This document shows, piece by piece, positions 9,772 through 19,663 of a stretch of DNA of 57,595 nucleotides (positions within the stretch are counted from its first letter, which is position 1; every line of letters begins with the position of its first letter). The translations under genes and the position numbers were made by a program. The notes beneath the pieces are model-generated. The model was not told the DNA's origin. It did not search any database and saw only the letters and a program-made list of their open reading frames with translations. Source of the stretch: Promethearchaeota archaeon (GTDB lineage: Archaea > Asgardarchaeota > Lokiarchaeia > Sigyniarchaeales > SOKP01); assembly GCA_030603385.1 (NCBI GenBank), contig JAUVXW010000031.1, positions 1 through 57,595 of the forward strand, in the 5' to 3' direction.

Positions 9772-11019
9772 TTACCTTGGAAAAAGCTTGACGATGACTT
9801 TTTCCCCTTTTTTCAATCCTTCTTGATGTGGGGGGATTTCAACAATACCATCAGATTCCGTTAGTGAACTAATAACTCCAGAACCCTTCAACTTTACTGG
9901 AATAGCTATAAGTTTATCTTCAGATTTTTCAATAATTACCCTTAAATAATGAAGATATCCAAGACCAGAAACAGGAACATCTTTTTTAATCTCTGCTATC
10001 ATTTCGGTTCTTGGATCAAGAACTGAACACCCCATCATACCCCGTATTGCTAACCCAACGATTTTTAAAAAAGAAACATATGCAGCAACCGGTGTACCAG
10101 GCAGGCAAAAAATTAGAGTATCATTTAAAAATCCAATTAAAACTGGAGCTCCAGGTCTTTGAGCAATTCCATGTGTTAAGATTGTACCTGTTTCATTGAT
10201 AATTTCAGGTAAATAATCTTTAGTGCCAACTGAAGTACCACCAGTAAAGATTATAATTTGAGAATCTCCCGCAGCTTCAATTAATTTATTTTTAATAACA
10301 AATTTATCGTCTTTTATAGTTTCACCCCTAATGACCATTCCACCATACATTTTTACTAATGTAGATATCATTAGAGTGTTTGAATTATAGATTTTCCCTG
10401 GTTGAAGTGGAGTACCTGGTTCCAGTAATTCATCCCCAGAAGAAAAAACACTTGTTTTAGGCTTATTTCTCACCTTGATTTTATTAAAACCTAAAGAAGT
10501 TAAAAGAGCAATATGTTCAGCTTTTAATTCTGTACCTTTACTTAAAACATGAGTTCCTTTCTTAGTATCTTCTCCTCTTTTTGAAACATTCTTTCCAGGA
10601 GGGAGTGAAATATAAATATTTATTATGTTATTTTCTATTTCTGTATCTTCAATTTTAACAACTGCGTCAGCGCCTTCTGGTATAGGGGCTCCGGTGGAAA
10701 TTCTAATTCCTTCATCTTTATTTAACTTAAAAGTGGAAGATTCCCCAATTTCAATTGTTCCAACAAGTCTAATCATTTTTGGCTTTCTAGGAGAAGCCTT
10801 AAATGAATCTTCTGCTTTAATCGCATATCCATCCATGGCTGATCGATCGAAAGGAGGAATATCCATTTCACTAACTATATCAATAGCTAAAATACGATTT
10901 AATGATTTGTAAACTTCAATTTCTTCCATTGGGTTTAATTGGATTCTTGAAAACAGTTTTTCTAAAGCATCTTCTAAAGGGGTTAACCTTGAAAATCCAA
11001 TTTTTCGAAGTTTTTCCAA
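9772..11019 (-). CDS. moeA: Molybdopterin molybdotransferase
   Basis: PPFDRSAMDGYA, STGAPIPEGADAVV, SGDEL, GGTSVG, LPGTP. Confidence 0.95.
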   Translation of the reverse strand: MEKLRKIGFSRLTPLEDALEKLFSRIQLNPMEEIEVYKSLNRILAIDIVSEMDIPPFDRSAMDGYAIKAEDSFKASPRKPKMIRLVGTIEIGESSTFKLNKDEGIRISTGAPIPEGADAVVKIEDTEIENNIINIYISLPPGKNVSKRGEDTKKGTHVLSKGTELKAEHIALLTSLGFNKIKVRNKPKTSVFSSGDELLEPGTPLQPGKIYNSNTLMISTLVKMYGGMVIRGETIKDDKFVIKNKLIEAAGDSQIIIFTGGTSVGTKDYLPEIINETGTILTHGIAQRPGAPVLIGFLNDTLIFCLPGTPVAAYVSFLKIVGLAIRGMMGCSVLDPRTEMIAEIKKDVPVSGLGYLHYLRVIIEKSEDKLIAIPVKLKGSGVISSLTESDGIVEIPPHQEGLKKGEKVIVKLFPR

Positions 11020-11026
11020 AAGCCCC

Positions 11027-11587
11027 TCACTCTTCCTTATTGATTAAATATTGAATATGCCCCAATTCTGGGATTATAATATTTTTTAAAGCTAAAATCA
11101 CAGCATTTGGGGAACCAGGTAGTAAAAAAAGAGCTTTATTTTTCTTTCTACTCTTAAGAATGCCTGCGGTTGCTCTTGATAACATAGCTGAAGGCCCAAT
11201 TTCATTGAAAGAGAGATTTCTAAAGAGTTCTCCAAAACCATCGAATTTTTTTCCTAAACGCGGTTCTAAAGTTTCATATGTTATGTCTTTTGGTGATAAT
11301 CCAGTACCGCCACTAAATATCATAGAATCTACCATGTCATCTTTCATGAGTTTTATTAAAATATTATTAATATGTTCTTCTGAATCTGGTATAATTTCTG
11401 TATAAACTAATGAAATTGATGGATCTTTTTTTAACAAAAGCTTCACTTTAGGAATTGTTTTATCTGAACTTTTTTTCTCCGATATTATCTCATCAAACCT
11501 ACTTGTACTTACTACGATAAGAGCTAAATTGGTTCTTTTAGGTGCTTTATGTTTATGTTCTTCATGAACCTTCAATTTATTTTTCAT
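11027..11587 (-). CDS. moaB: Molybdopterin adenylyltransferase (MoaB/MogA family)
   Basis: SGGTGLSPKDIT, GFGELFR, AMLSRA, LPGSP. Confidence 0.9.
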   Translation of the reverse strand: MKNKLKVHEEHKHKAPKRTNLALIVVSTSRFDEIISEKKSSDKTIPKVKLLLKKDPSISLVYTEIIPDSEEHINNILIKLMKDDMVDSMIFSGGTGLSPKDITYETLEPRLGKKFDGFGELFRNLSFNEIGPSAMLSRATAGILKSRKKNKALFLLPGSPNAVILALKNIIIPELGHIQYLINKEE

Positions 11588-11618
11588 TTTATTTAATCAC
11601 TCTTAAATTACATGTTTA

Positions 11619-12845
11619 TTAGAAGAAATAAACTTTTCTTTTCTCTCCTTTTTCGATAATTGATTCTAATTCTTCAATTTCTATATACCCATCAGCAAAA
11701 AACATTGTACTTATTGCTTCTGAACCTGTTTTGATGGGATAAATCTGCTTAACCCCATCAAATTCTTTTATTTTAACTGCTTTGAACTCATGACGACCAA
11801 CTGTACTATAGATTCTTTCGCCAACTGCCATTACTTTTGAAAATTTATCTCTTAAAGGATATCCTGATATTTTTCTTAAAAAATTATCAATAAAAACATA
11901 AAAACAACTTAATGCAGAAGTTGGATAACCTGGTAAAATAAATATTATTTTATTTTTTATTTTCGCAAAAATTATTGGCTTCCCGGGCTTAATCTTTACA
12001 CCGTGTACTAAAATTTCTATATTTTCATACTCCTCTAAAAGTTTTGGACCCAAATCACCTTCCCCTTTAGATGTACCTCCAGATAAAATTACTATATCAC
12101 TCTTTTCCAAAGCAATATCTACTGCAGTTTTCAAATCTTCATAGTTATCCTTTATAATACCAAGAAAATTAACTAGAACTCCTGTGTTTTCAATTGCCTT
12201 TTTCAATACTATTGAATTTACATCATAAATTTTACCAATTTCTAAATTTTGTACTTCTTGGTTAACAAGTTCATTACCTGTACTTAGAAGTGAAACTTTT
12301 GGCTTTTTATATACCCAAGTTTCTTTAATTCCACATGATGCAAGAATTCCTATAGTAGCTAAATCAAGTAGGGCTCCTTTTTTTACGATTATTTCTCCTT
12401 TTTTTATATCATGACCAATCTCAATTATATAAGTTCCAGGAGTTACTGCCTTGGAAATTAAAACAACTTTCTCCTGAACCTCTGTGAATTCAACCATCAC
12501 CACTCCATTTGAGTTATCAGGTAAAGCAGCACCGGTTGCTACATAAGAACACTGTTTTTTATTTAATCTTTTTTGAGGAATATCACCTGCTTGAATAGTT
12601 TCTATTAATTCAAGTTCGATTAAATTATCTTCTTCAGCACCAAATGTGTCTTCCGCTATTACAGCATATCCATCCATTCTGGACTTCCGAAAGTGTGGAA
12701 CATTTATAGTACTTTTTATATCTCTGGAAACTATTCGATTAAAACAAACTTCAATATTTATTAATTCTTCTTCAGTTACTAAGCTTGAAATTGAGGTAAG
12801 TATTTCTTTAAATTCTTCAACTTTAATTGTTTTTAAAAATTTCAT
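11619..12845 (-). CDS. moeA: Molybdopterin molybdotransferase, second paralog
   Basis: SRMDGYAV, STGNEL, SGGTSKG, IKPGKP, LPGYP. Confidence 0.95.
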   Translation of the reverse strand: MKFLKTIKVEEFKEILTSISSLVTEEELINIEVCFNRIVSRDIKSTINVPHFRKSRMDGYAVIAEDTFGAEEDNLIELELIETIQAGDIPQKRLNKKQCSYVATGAALPDNSNGVVMVEFTEVQEKVVLISKAVTPGTYIIEIGHDIKKGEIIVKKGALLDLATIGILASCGIKETWVYKKPKVSLLSTGNELVNQEVQNLEIGKIYDVNSIVLKKAIENTGVLVNFLGIIKDNYEDLKTAVDIALEKSDIVILSGGTSKGEGDLGPKLLEEYENIEILVHGVKIKPGKPIIFAKIKNKIIFILPGYPTSALSCFYVFIDNFLRKISGYPLRDKFSKVMAVGERIYSTVGRHEFKAVKIKEFDGVKQIYPIKTGSEAISTMFFADGYIEIEELESIIEKGEKRKVYFF

Positions 12846-12879
12846 ACGGAAATCAAACTTAAATTAATTTAAACTAAAT

Positions 12880-13332
12880 CTAATGAATCCATTCAGATGA
12901 TCCATTGCTAAAATCCTCTCTTTTCCATACGGCTATTTCTTCTTTATACATTTCAACAGCATCAGAAATAGTTTTAAAACCCTCTTTTCTATGTGCTGAT
13001 GCTACAACAACATACACCAAGCTTTCAGTAAGCTCAAATTCTCCTTTTAAATGAACAATCTTAACGTCAATAATTCCTTCTCTTTGTTTTAATTTTTCGC
13101 AAATCTTCTTAATACTTTCACTTGCTAATTCATCATAAGCATCAATTTTCATACTCACGACAGGTTTTCCATTTTTGGAGGTGCTCCTAACAATACCAGT
13201 AAAGGTGTGAATTGATCCTGCTTCTATAATATTAGAATTTTGTTTTATTGATTTAATTATGCTCTCAAGATCAATCTTTCCCTTAGAATAAATACCTGAC
13301 TCTATTTTTTTAGTGTTTTCAAGATCACTCAT
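12880..13332 (-). CDS. moaE: Molybdopterin synthase large subunit
   Basis: FTGIVR, ASAHRKEGF, VWKRE. Confidence 0.93.
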   Translation of the reverse strand: MSDLENTKKIESGIYSKGKIDLESIIKSIKQNSNIIEAGSIHTFTGIVRSTSKNGKPVVSMKIDAYDELASESIKKICEKLKQREGIIDVKIVHLKGEFELTESLVYVVVASAHRKEGFKTISDAVEMYKEEIAVWKREDFSNGSSEWIH

Positions 13333-13338
13333 TTAGTA

Positions 13339-13623
13339 TTAACCTCCAGAAACAGGCATTAAAAAAGCAATAATGTCACCGTCACTTAAATTAATTATTG
13401 ATGGATCTTTTTCATGAATTGGTTGATTATTTATAATTACTGAAATTATATTATGTATTTTTTGAATTTTTTCATCCCAAATTAAATTTTGAAGATTATC
13501 TCCATATTTTTTAAATAATAGACAAACTAAATCTTTTAAATGATTGTCAGATAATTCAAATTTTTCTTTTTCTTTACCTGTAATATCCTTAAATTCTGCA
13601 AAGTATAGAACTTCAACAATCAT
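13339..13623 (-). CDS. moaD: MoaD/SAMP1-like ubiquitin-fold sulfur carrier
   Basis: N-terminal VLYFA and C-terminal PVSGG. Confidence 0.93.
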   Translation of the reverse strand: MIVEVLYFAEFKDITGKEKEKFELSDNHLKDLVCLLFKKYGDNLQNLIWDEKIQKIHNIISVIINNQPIHEKDPSIINLSDGDIIAFLMPVSGG

Positions 13624-13648
13624 TTATCTTATTCAATTTCAATAATTC

Positions 13649-14566
13649 TCAATAATAAGGTTCCCTCGAATCTACGACCTGTTTAACAATATGTTCATAT
13701 TTTGATAACGAATGATGATTACGGAGAGCTCCTTTAATATTTTTTCCAAGATCAGATCGAAATAAGCACCCAAATAAATTTCCATCACATCCTACACGTA
13801 ATTTAGTGCATCCCATACAAAATTCATGACTAGGAGTGATTGTTTCGATAACAGCGGAATTAGGTAAAGTGAAAACTTTTCGATTTTGCATAGAACCTCT
13901 TACTATTATTTTGTCTGCTCTAGATTCAAGCTCTTCTATAATAGGTTTGACATCCAGATGATACTTTTCATAAAAATCCCCATTTCTCCCTACTGCATCA
14001 GAAACTTTATGTAATTCAATTAATTGCAAAACGAAACCATTTTTTGCGCAAAAATTAATCAAATCTTCTAATTCATTATCATTAATTCCTTTCATTAAAA
14101 CAAAATTTAATTTGATTGGATTAAATCCAACTTCTTTTGCTTTTTGCAAACCTTTCAAGACTGTTTTTAGGCTATCTGATCCATAAATTTTTTTATAAAC
14201 TTCGGGCTGAAGTGAAGCTAACGAGACATTAATCCGATTTAAACCAGCTTTATACAATTCTTCTGCCTTTTCAAGAAGTAATAATCCATTAGTAGTCATT
14301 GAAATATCTTTATAAAGCTGCAAATCAGAAACATTTTGTATTATTTGTGCTATTTCTTCCCGACATAGTGGTTCGCCACCTGTAAATTTAATTCTTGTGA
14401 CATTTAGAACTTCTGCTAATATTTTACATAATTTTGTAATTTCTTCTACAGTAAGCTCATTTGTTCTACTATAACCCTCCCTATCACAGTATAAACACGA
14501 ATATTGGCACTTTGAAGTAATTGAAAACCTTATGTGCTTGATTTTTCTATTATAGTTGTCTATCAT
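13649..14566 (-). CDS. moaA: GTP 3',8-cyclase (radical SAM)
   Basis: CQYSCLYC, TGGEPL, FCMGCTKLR...GCL, archaeal-type EPYY end. Confidence 0.95.
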   Translation of the reverse strand: MIDNYNRKIKHIRFSITSKCQYSCLYCDREGYSRTNELTVEEITKLCKILAEVLNVTRIKFTGGEPLCREEIAQIIQNVSDLQLYKDISMTTNGLLLLEKAEELYKAGLNRINVSLASLQPEVYKKIYGSDSLKTVLKGLQKAKEVGFNPIKLNFVLMKGINDNELEDLINFCAKNGFVLQLIELHKVSDAVGRNGDFYEKYHLDVKPIIEELESRADKIIVRGSMQNRKVFTLPNSAVIETITPSHEFCMGCTKLRVGCDGNLFGCLFRSDLGKNIKGALRNHHSLSKYEHIVKQVVDSREPYY

Positions 14567-14577
14567 CTATGGTAACT

Positions 14578-15006
14578 TTATTTTTTGATTTTTTCTTCAA
14601 CTTTAATATCATAAATTAATGTTGAGGGATACTGGCCTTTTTCATCCTTCTCATACATTTTTACAACATCCCAAATATTTAAGAGAGCAACTCCAACGCC
14701 AGTTAAAGCCTCCATCTCAACACCTGTTCGAGCTATACTTTTAACTTTGCATGAAACCTTTATAATTGTGTCGTTTTCTATTTCAAAATTTAGATCAACA
14801 TTAGTAATAGGGATTGGATGGCATAAAGGAATTAAATCAGGAACTTTTTTAACAGAATTTATAGCCGCAATTTTTGCTATAGTTAAAACGTCACCTTTCT
14901 TAACAGTGCTATTTTTAATTCTTTCAATTGTCTTCTTTTTAAGTTTAATTCTTCCAGATGCCGTTGCGATCCTTGGAATTGTATCTTTTTCAGATATATC
15001 GATCAT
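14578..15006 (-). CDS. moaC: Cyclic pyranopterin monophosphate synthase
   Basis: KKGDV, LIPLCHP, TGVEMEAL, IWDVVK. Confidence 0.96.
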   Translation of the reverse strand: MIDISEKDTIPRIATASGRIKLKKKTIERIKNSTVKKGDVLTIAKIAAINSVKKVPDLIPLCHPIPITNVDLNFEIENDTIIKVSCKVKSIARTGVEMEALTGVGVALLNIWDVVKMYEKDEKGQYPSTLIYDIKVEEKIKK

Positions 15007-15027
15007 TTTGGCTCAAGTCTTAAAAGA

Positions 15028-15055
15028 TTCGTTATAGCTAATAGACCATATCGAT
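15028..15055. promoter_or_regulatory. ModE-type operator upstream of moaC
   Basis: TTCGTTAT-N12-ATATCGAT; half-sites and spacing fit the ModE pattern CGnTAT-N12-ATAnCG. Confidence 0.6.
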
Positions 15056-15099
15056 AAGTTAATTTATCTTATTTTTCTTAAAAACTTCTCCTTTCTTTA

Positions 15100-16191
15100 T
15101 TATAAGATTTTTATATCTGTTGCTTTAAAATTAATAAATACTTCAGATCCTTTTTCTAATTTAAGTTTCTCTCTTGAATATTCAGTTATAGTGATTAAAA
15201 ACTTTTCAGAATTGGTTTTCACAATTAAATGACAAATATTACCGAGATCACGTATATTTTCTATGATCCCTTTGAAGGTGTTTCTGTAACTAGTATTTTT
15301 AGGAGGTTCCTTAACAATCCCGATACTTTCTGGGCGTATACACACTTTTACTTTTCCTTCCAATTGAGTAGACGATGTTATAGTTAAATCATTAACTTGA
15401 ATTAGTGTTAATCCTGAAGATTCATCGATTTTTGCAATCCCTGTTAAAATATTTTCATACCCTACAAAAAGAGCTGTAAATTCATCTTTAGGTGCGGTAA
15501 ATATTTCATTAGGTGTTCCTATTTGTGTAATTTGTCCATTATTGAGCACTGCTATCCGATCAGCATATTTAATTGCTTCTATAGGATCATGTGTGCTCAT
15601 AATAATAGTCTTCTCTTTATCTTGCTTTATTTTCATAATGAATTCTTCTAATAATTTAATGTTCATAGGATCTAAATTGGCTGAAACTTCATCTAATAAA
15701 TAAATCTTAGGTTCAATAACAAAATTCATAGCAATTGCTACTCTCTGCATTTCCCCACCTGACAATGTTCTGGCATTCTTATTCTCCATCTCTCTCAATC
15801 CAACAAGATCTATTATATTATTTACTGTATCATTGTATTCTCTATATTTCATCCCACGCACTTTGAGACCATAGGCGATATTATTGAAAACAGTACTGTT
15901 TCGTACAACGGGTTTCTGTCTAACGAATGATAATTCTCTCCGATATCTTATCTTTTCTTTTCGAGAAGTTTTGGTTAAATCGCTTTCACGATATAATATT
16001 TTGCCTTGAGTGGGTAAATCTAAGAGCCCTAATATCCTTAATAAAGTCGTTTTTCCACTCCCATTTGGACCTATTATAACAAAGCTTTCTCCTTTTTTGA
16101 CTGAAAAATTTATATTAGAAAGCACTTTAATAGATGTTTTATCATCTTTATAATATTCCTTGTGAAGATCTTTAACTTCAAGCAATTTCAT
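15100..16191 (-). CDS. tupC: Tungstate/molybdate ABC transporter ATPase with TOBE domain
   Basis: GPNGSGKT, LSGGE, LLDE, C-terminal TOBE-like region. Confidence 0.85.
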   Translation of the reverse strand: MKLLEVKDLHKEYYKDDKTSIKVLSNINFSVKKGESFVIIGPNGSGKTTLLRILGLLDLPTQGKILYRESDLTKTSRKEKIRYRRELSFVRQKPVVRNSTVFNNIAYGLKVRGMKYREYNDTVNNIIDLVGLREMENKNARTLSGGEMQRVAIAMNFVIEPKIYLLDEVSANLDPMNIKLLEEFIMKIKQDKEKTIIMSTHDPIEAIKYADRIAVLNNGQITQIGTPNEIFTAPKDEFTALFVGYENILTGIAKIDESSGLTLIQVNDLTITSSTQLEGKVKVCIRPESIGIVKEPPKNTSYRNTFKGIIENIRDLGNICHLIVKTNSEKFLITITEYSREKLKLEKGSEVFINFKATDIKIL

Positions 16192-16192
16192 T

Positions 16193-16888
16193 TTAACTAC
16201 CTCGACTTTGTATATGAGTTAAACCATAATTCACAATGAAAGCTATTAAAATAAGAATAATACCCAAAGCGATTGCCATTCCAAATTCACCCATTCGCGT
16301 TTGAAGTACGATAGAAGTTGTAAAGGTTCGAGTTTCCCAACGGATATTTCCACCAACAATCATTACAGCACCTACTTCAGATATAGCTTGACCGAATGCT
16401 ACTAGAAATCCTGCTATTATAGATTTTTTTGAATCTTTAATTAATTCCCACCACAGTTGACGTTCGTTAGCACCTAATGAAAGAATAGTCTCTTTTAATG
16501 TAGGATCTACACTTTCAATCGCTGCTTTTGCAGTACCTGTTATGATTGGAACTGCCAGGAAGAATTGGGCAACAATCATAGCGCTTGTAGAGTAAAGTAA
16601 ACCTAAAGAACCAAAAGGACCACTTCTGGATAACAATAAAAATATAATTAATCCCATTACTACAGGAGGAAATCCCATAAATGTATTAATTAAATTAGTT
16701 AGCGTTTTTTTACCGCGAAACTCATGTAATCCGATAAATGACCCAATTGGTAATGCAAGTAAAGCGGCAAGAAATGTTGATGTTAGTGAAACTCGAAATG
16801 ATACCTCTATAATCCCCCATAATTCGGGATCAAAAGTAACCATCAAACGTAGTGCTTCTAATATTCCCTCAATTATCTCATTTGCCAT
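16193..16888 (-). CDS. tupB: Tungstate ABC transporter permease
   Basis: PPVVMGL, LSRSGPFG, ISEVGAVMIVGGNI. Confidence 0.92.
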   Translation of the reverse strand: MANEIIEGILEALRLMVTFDPELWGIIEVSFRVSLTSTFLAALLALPIGSFIGLHEFRGKKTLTNLINTFMGFPPVVMGLIIFLLLSRSGPFGSLGLLYSTSAMIVAQFFLAVPIITGTAKAAIESVDPTLKETILSLGANERQLWWELIKDSKKSIIAGFLVAFGQAISEVGAVMIVGGNIRWETRTFTTSIVLQTRMGEFGMAIALGIILILIAFIVNYGLTHIQSRGS

Positions 16889-16962
16889 ATTAATTGAAAT
16901 CTAATTCTTCTTATTTATTTTAACAAATTAAAAAATAAATTTAAGGTGTACCTACCAAGAAT

Positions 16963-17979
16963 TTATATTGAAAGATCTGCAAATTCGCTATGATAGGGTG
17001 TCCAAATTGCAATTTCATCATCTGTAGTTGTACAACTATGAGTTTCATTGCATGTTCCAAAGCAAGAATGAAATAAAACCACATTATTCTTTTTATATGA
17101 ATTAATCAGTGCTTGACCATAAGGTGATGTAATAAAGCCCACAAACCGACAAACAGCTATATATTTAACATGAGGATGTAATACAGGATTAATAGGTATG
17201 ACACCGTAAGGATTAAGCAAAAAGTCTTCTACTCCAACAGATTCAGCAAAAATACTCATAGTAGTATAAGTATCATTAAAAGACAGCCAAGTTCCCATAT
17301 CTACTAAAGTATATCCTCTATCATTGGCATCATTATAAGTAATAAGTAAAGTGTCTCCCATACCAGCCCCAACATCTTTGTAATAGTCAGTACCAGCGGA
17401 GGATGGATCCCAACCAATTTGACCCCATAAACTCAATTCCTTCGAATGAGTTCCTGAGTTATCTCCCCTAGAGTAAAATGTGGTATTATGTCCTATTATC
17501 ATCCCTAATTTCAATTTTGTCATTACTGTTGTTATATTATCACCCGGTTGTAAATATGCTGGATTTGATGAATGTCCAACTATAAGAAAGTCATTGTACA
17601 TTACACATGCTCGATGGACTCCATAAGGTACTTGGCCTCCGCTATGATTTACGAATGCATCTTCTCTTGATCTCGAATGAACAAGAATAACATCCACATC
17701 ACCAGTTTGACCATAAGCTATTGCTTGGCCAGTACCAACTGACAAAACTCTAATTTTGATGCCTGTCTCTTGTGTAAACTTTGGTAATAAATAATCTAGT
17801 AAACCCGAATCATATGTAGAGGTTGTAGTTGCTAAGGTTATCTGATTTGGATTTTGGGCATTCATATAATCAATAATAAAATATGTTCCAACTGATCCAC
17901 CAGCAATAAGTATAAGGACTATAAGAATCGCTGTTTTATGCTCACTTAATAATTGTTTAACTGGTCTTTTTGATGACAT
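16963..17979 (-). CDS. tupA: Tungstate ABC transporter substrate-binding protein
   Basis: ATTTSTYDSGLL, VGTGQA, MYNDF, SRGDNSGTH; N-terminal membrane anchor. Confidence 0.92.
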   Translation of the reverse strand: MSSKRPVKQLLSEHKTAILIVLILIAGGSVGTYFIIDYMNAQNPNQITLATTTSTYDSGLLDYLLPKFTQETGIKIRVLSVGTGQAIAYGQTGDVDVILVHSRSREDAFVNHSGGQVPYGVHRACVMYNDFLIVGHSSNPAYLQPGDNITTVMTKLKLGMIIGHNTTFYSRGDNSGTHSKELSLWGQIGWDPSSAGTDYYKDVGAGMGDTLLITYNDANDRGYTLVDMGTWLSFNDTYTTMSIFAESVGVEDFLLNPYGVIPINPVLHPHVKYIAVCRFVGFITSPYGQALINSYKKNNVVLFHSCFGTCNETHSCTTTDDEIAIWTPYHSEFADLSI

Positions 17980-18033
17980 TTTTTATTATTTTTTTTTAAA
18001 TTTGATATTTCTTCAAATGTTTCTTCGCTTTTA

Positions 18034-18061
18034 ATCGTTATTACCACCCAGACACAACGGA
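18034..18061. promoter_or_regulatory. ModE-type operator proximal to tupA
   Basis: ATCGTTAT-N12-ACAACGGA. Confidence 0.5.
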
Positions 18062-18118
18062 TGAAATACGTTTAGGCTATTCAAATAACTAAATTAGTGA
18101 TTTCTCCCCCTAAACATA
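18036..18118 (-). ncRNA. Candidate structured 5' leader of the tup operon
   Basis: 10-bp stem TATGTTTAGG/CCTAAACGTA enclosing small hairpins, plus an overlapping second hairpin. Mismatches become G.U pairs only on the minus strand. Confidence 0.35.
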
Positions 18119-18156
18119 ATGCTTTTTTTTTAATTAAAAATAGCTAAAAACAACTT

Positions 18157-18184
18157 TTCGATATAATATCTTTACTGTATTGAT
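18157..18184. promoter_or_regulatory. ModE-type operator distal to tupA
   Basis: TTCGATAT-N12-GTATTGAT. Confidence 0.45.
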
Positions 18185-18246
18185 TATTCAAATGTAATTA
18201 CCCATAATCCTAAATATTTTTATAAATGATTAAATTAGAGAGAGAT

Positions 18247-19002
18247 ATGGCAACATGGGGATCTCACTTTCGCATTGCTGAGAATATTTCAATAAAGTAT
18301 GCGAATTTAAACCGGAAATTTTTTGCAATCGGAAATATCGCCCCTGATTGTGGTCTCCCGAATAAAGATTGGTCAGCCTTTACCCCTCCAAAAGACATAT
18401 CTCATTTTACCATTGGTGGGGTGAGTGATTTCCTTGGGATGCAAACAGATAAATTCATTCTGACTGATGTTAAATTTTATTCTAAATATTTAAAGGATTC
18501 CGAGATAATATCCTCTCAAGGTGATCGATCTTTCCTTCTTGGATATTTTATCCATCTCATAACGGATAATCTATGGAATTATTACATCATGAAACCGTTA
18601 AAAGAAAAGCATATAAGAGAGCTTCAAAAGAATCCGAATTTTATTTGGAATGTAAAAAGAGATTGGTATGATTTAGATAAAATATTTATAACAGAAAAAA
18701 AAGATTCATTATTTTGGACAGACTTTCTTGAAGCGGAATATGATGAAGATATCCTTGATTTTCTCCCCAGAGAAGGAGTTCAACGCCAACTGGAATTTAT
18801 TAAAAAATTCTATCAAATATCTAAGGAAGATTACATGAGACTTTCAAACAAAGAATTCGTTTATCTTAAAAAAAAAGAAATGGATGATTTTATTCAGAAT
18901 TCTACTAATGTAATCCTAAAGGTTCTTAAACAGATCCTTGATAAAAAATTTGAATTTAATGGAAAAACATCAGTTTTGGATGATATTATCATCTGGAATT
19001 GA
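18247..19002 (+). CDS. Zinc-dependent phospholipase C-like protein
   Basis: N-terminal WGSH, GNIAPD, GYFIHLITD; ATG at 18247 preferred. Confidence 0.8.
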   Translation: MATWGSHFRIAENISIKYANLNRKFFAIGNIAPDCGLPNKDWSAFTPPKDISHFTIGGVSDFLGMQTDKFILTDVKFYSKYLKDSEIISSQGDRSFLLGYFIHLITDNLWNYYIMKPLKEKHIRELQKNPNFIWNVKRDWYDLDKIFITEKKDSLFWTDFLEAEYDEDILDFLPREGVQRQLEFIKKFYQISKEDYMRLSNKEFVYLKKKEMDDFIQNSTNVILKVLKQILDKKFEFNGKTSVLDDIIIWN

Positions 19003-19066
19003 ATAAGTGACTATCGGTCAAATAATAAAAATTCATTAGTATGCCTTAAATCAAAAAGTAATGAAA

Positions 19067-19663
19067 TTAAGCTAAGGGAGTCAAAGAAGGTTTTAAAAGT
19101 AAATTCCAATCTTTAATACATTCGTCAGACTCTACACTAAAAAATTCCTCTATTCTTTCCCAATTATTAATACGATTGAGAAATCCACCTTCATATGCAT
19201 TATTTATAGCATTAGCTATATTATATTTATGCTCTTCTTCTGAAGAATAGATTTTTAACTGAAACCCATGCCTTTTCAAATTTAATCTCGCTGGTTCTTT
19301 CACTTTATTATTGAGTTCAATGTATAATTTTTCAATAGGAATAAGAAAATAATACTTATGTACTCTCTTCTTTCTGCCATATGCATAGAAATAACAAGGT
19401 TCTTCACAAGGAATATTGATTTTCTTCAACTTTTTACATATAAGTTGGTATTGTTGTTCTAACATTTGAAATATAATACTCGCAGTATCAGTGATAATTC
19501 CTGAAGAGTGACCATATAATTCGAAAAAATTAAGAACCTTATCAAAATCAGATTTTCTGGTTTTGATTGATTTAGGTTGCCCATATAGAATTGTTAAGGG
19601 AAAGCTAGTAAAACCAAGTTTTTCAGCGGCATTCTCAACCTTTAAATGTTTGTCAGGACCCAT
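19067..19663 (-). CDS. Hypothetical protein
   Basis: 198-aa ORF with GGGAG upstream; no recognised motif. Confidence 0.7.
   Translation of the reverse strand: MGPDKHLKVENAAEKLGFTSFPLTILYGQPKSIKTRKSDFDKVLNFFELYGHSSGIITDTASIIFQMLEQQYQLICKKLKKINIPCEEPCYFYAYGRKKRVHKYYFLIPIEKLYIELNNKVKEPARLNLKRHGFQLKIYSSEEEHKYNIANAINNAYEGGFLNRINNWERIEEFFSVESDECIKDWNLLLKPSLTPLA

Noticed and set aside
18036-18118. Calling the tup leader a canonical Moco riboswitch
   Set aside because: Only loose AGGG..GAAA..CCU similarity; the full consensus could not be matched by eye, so it is kept as a candidate only.
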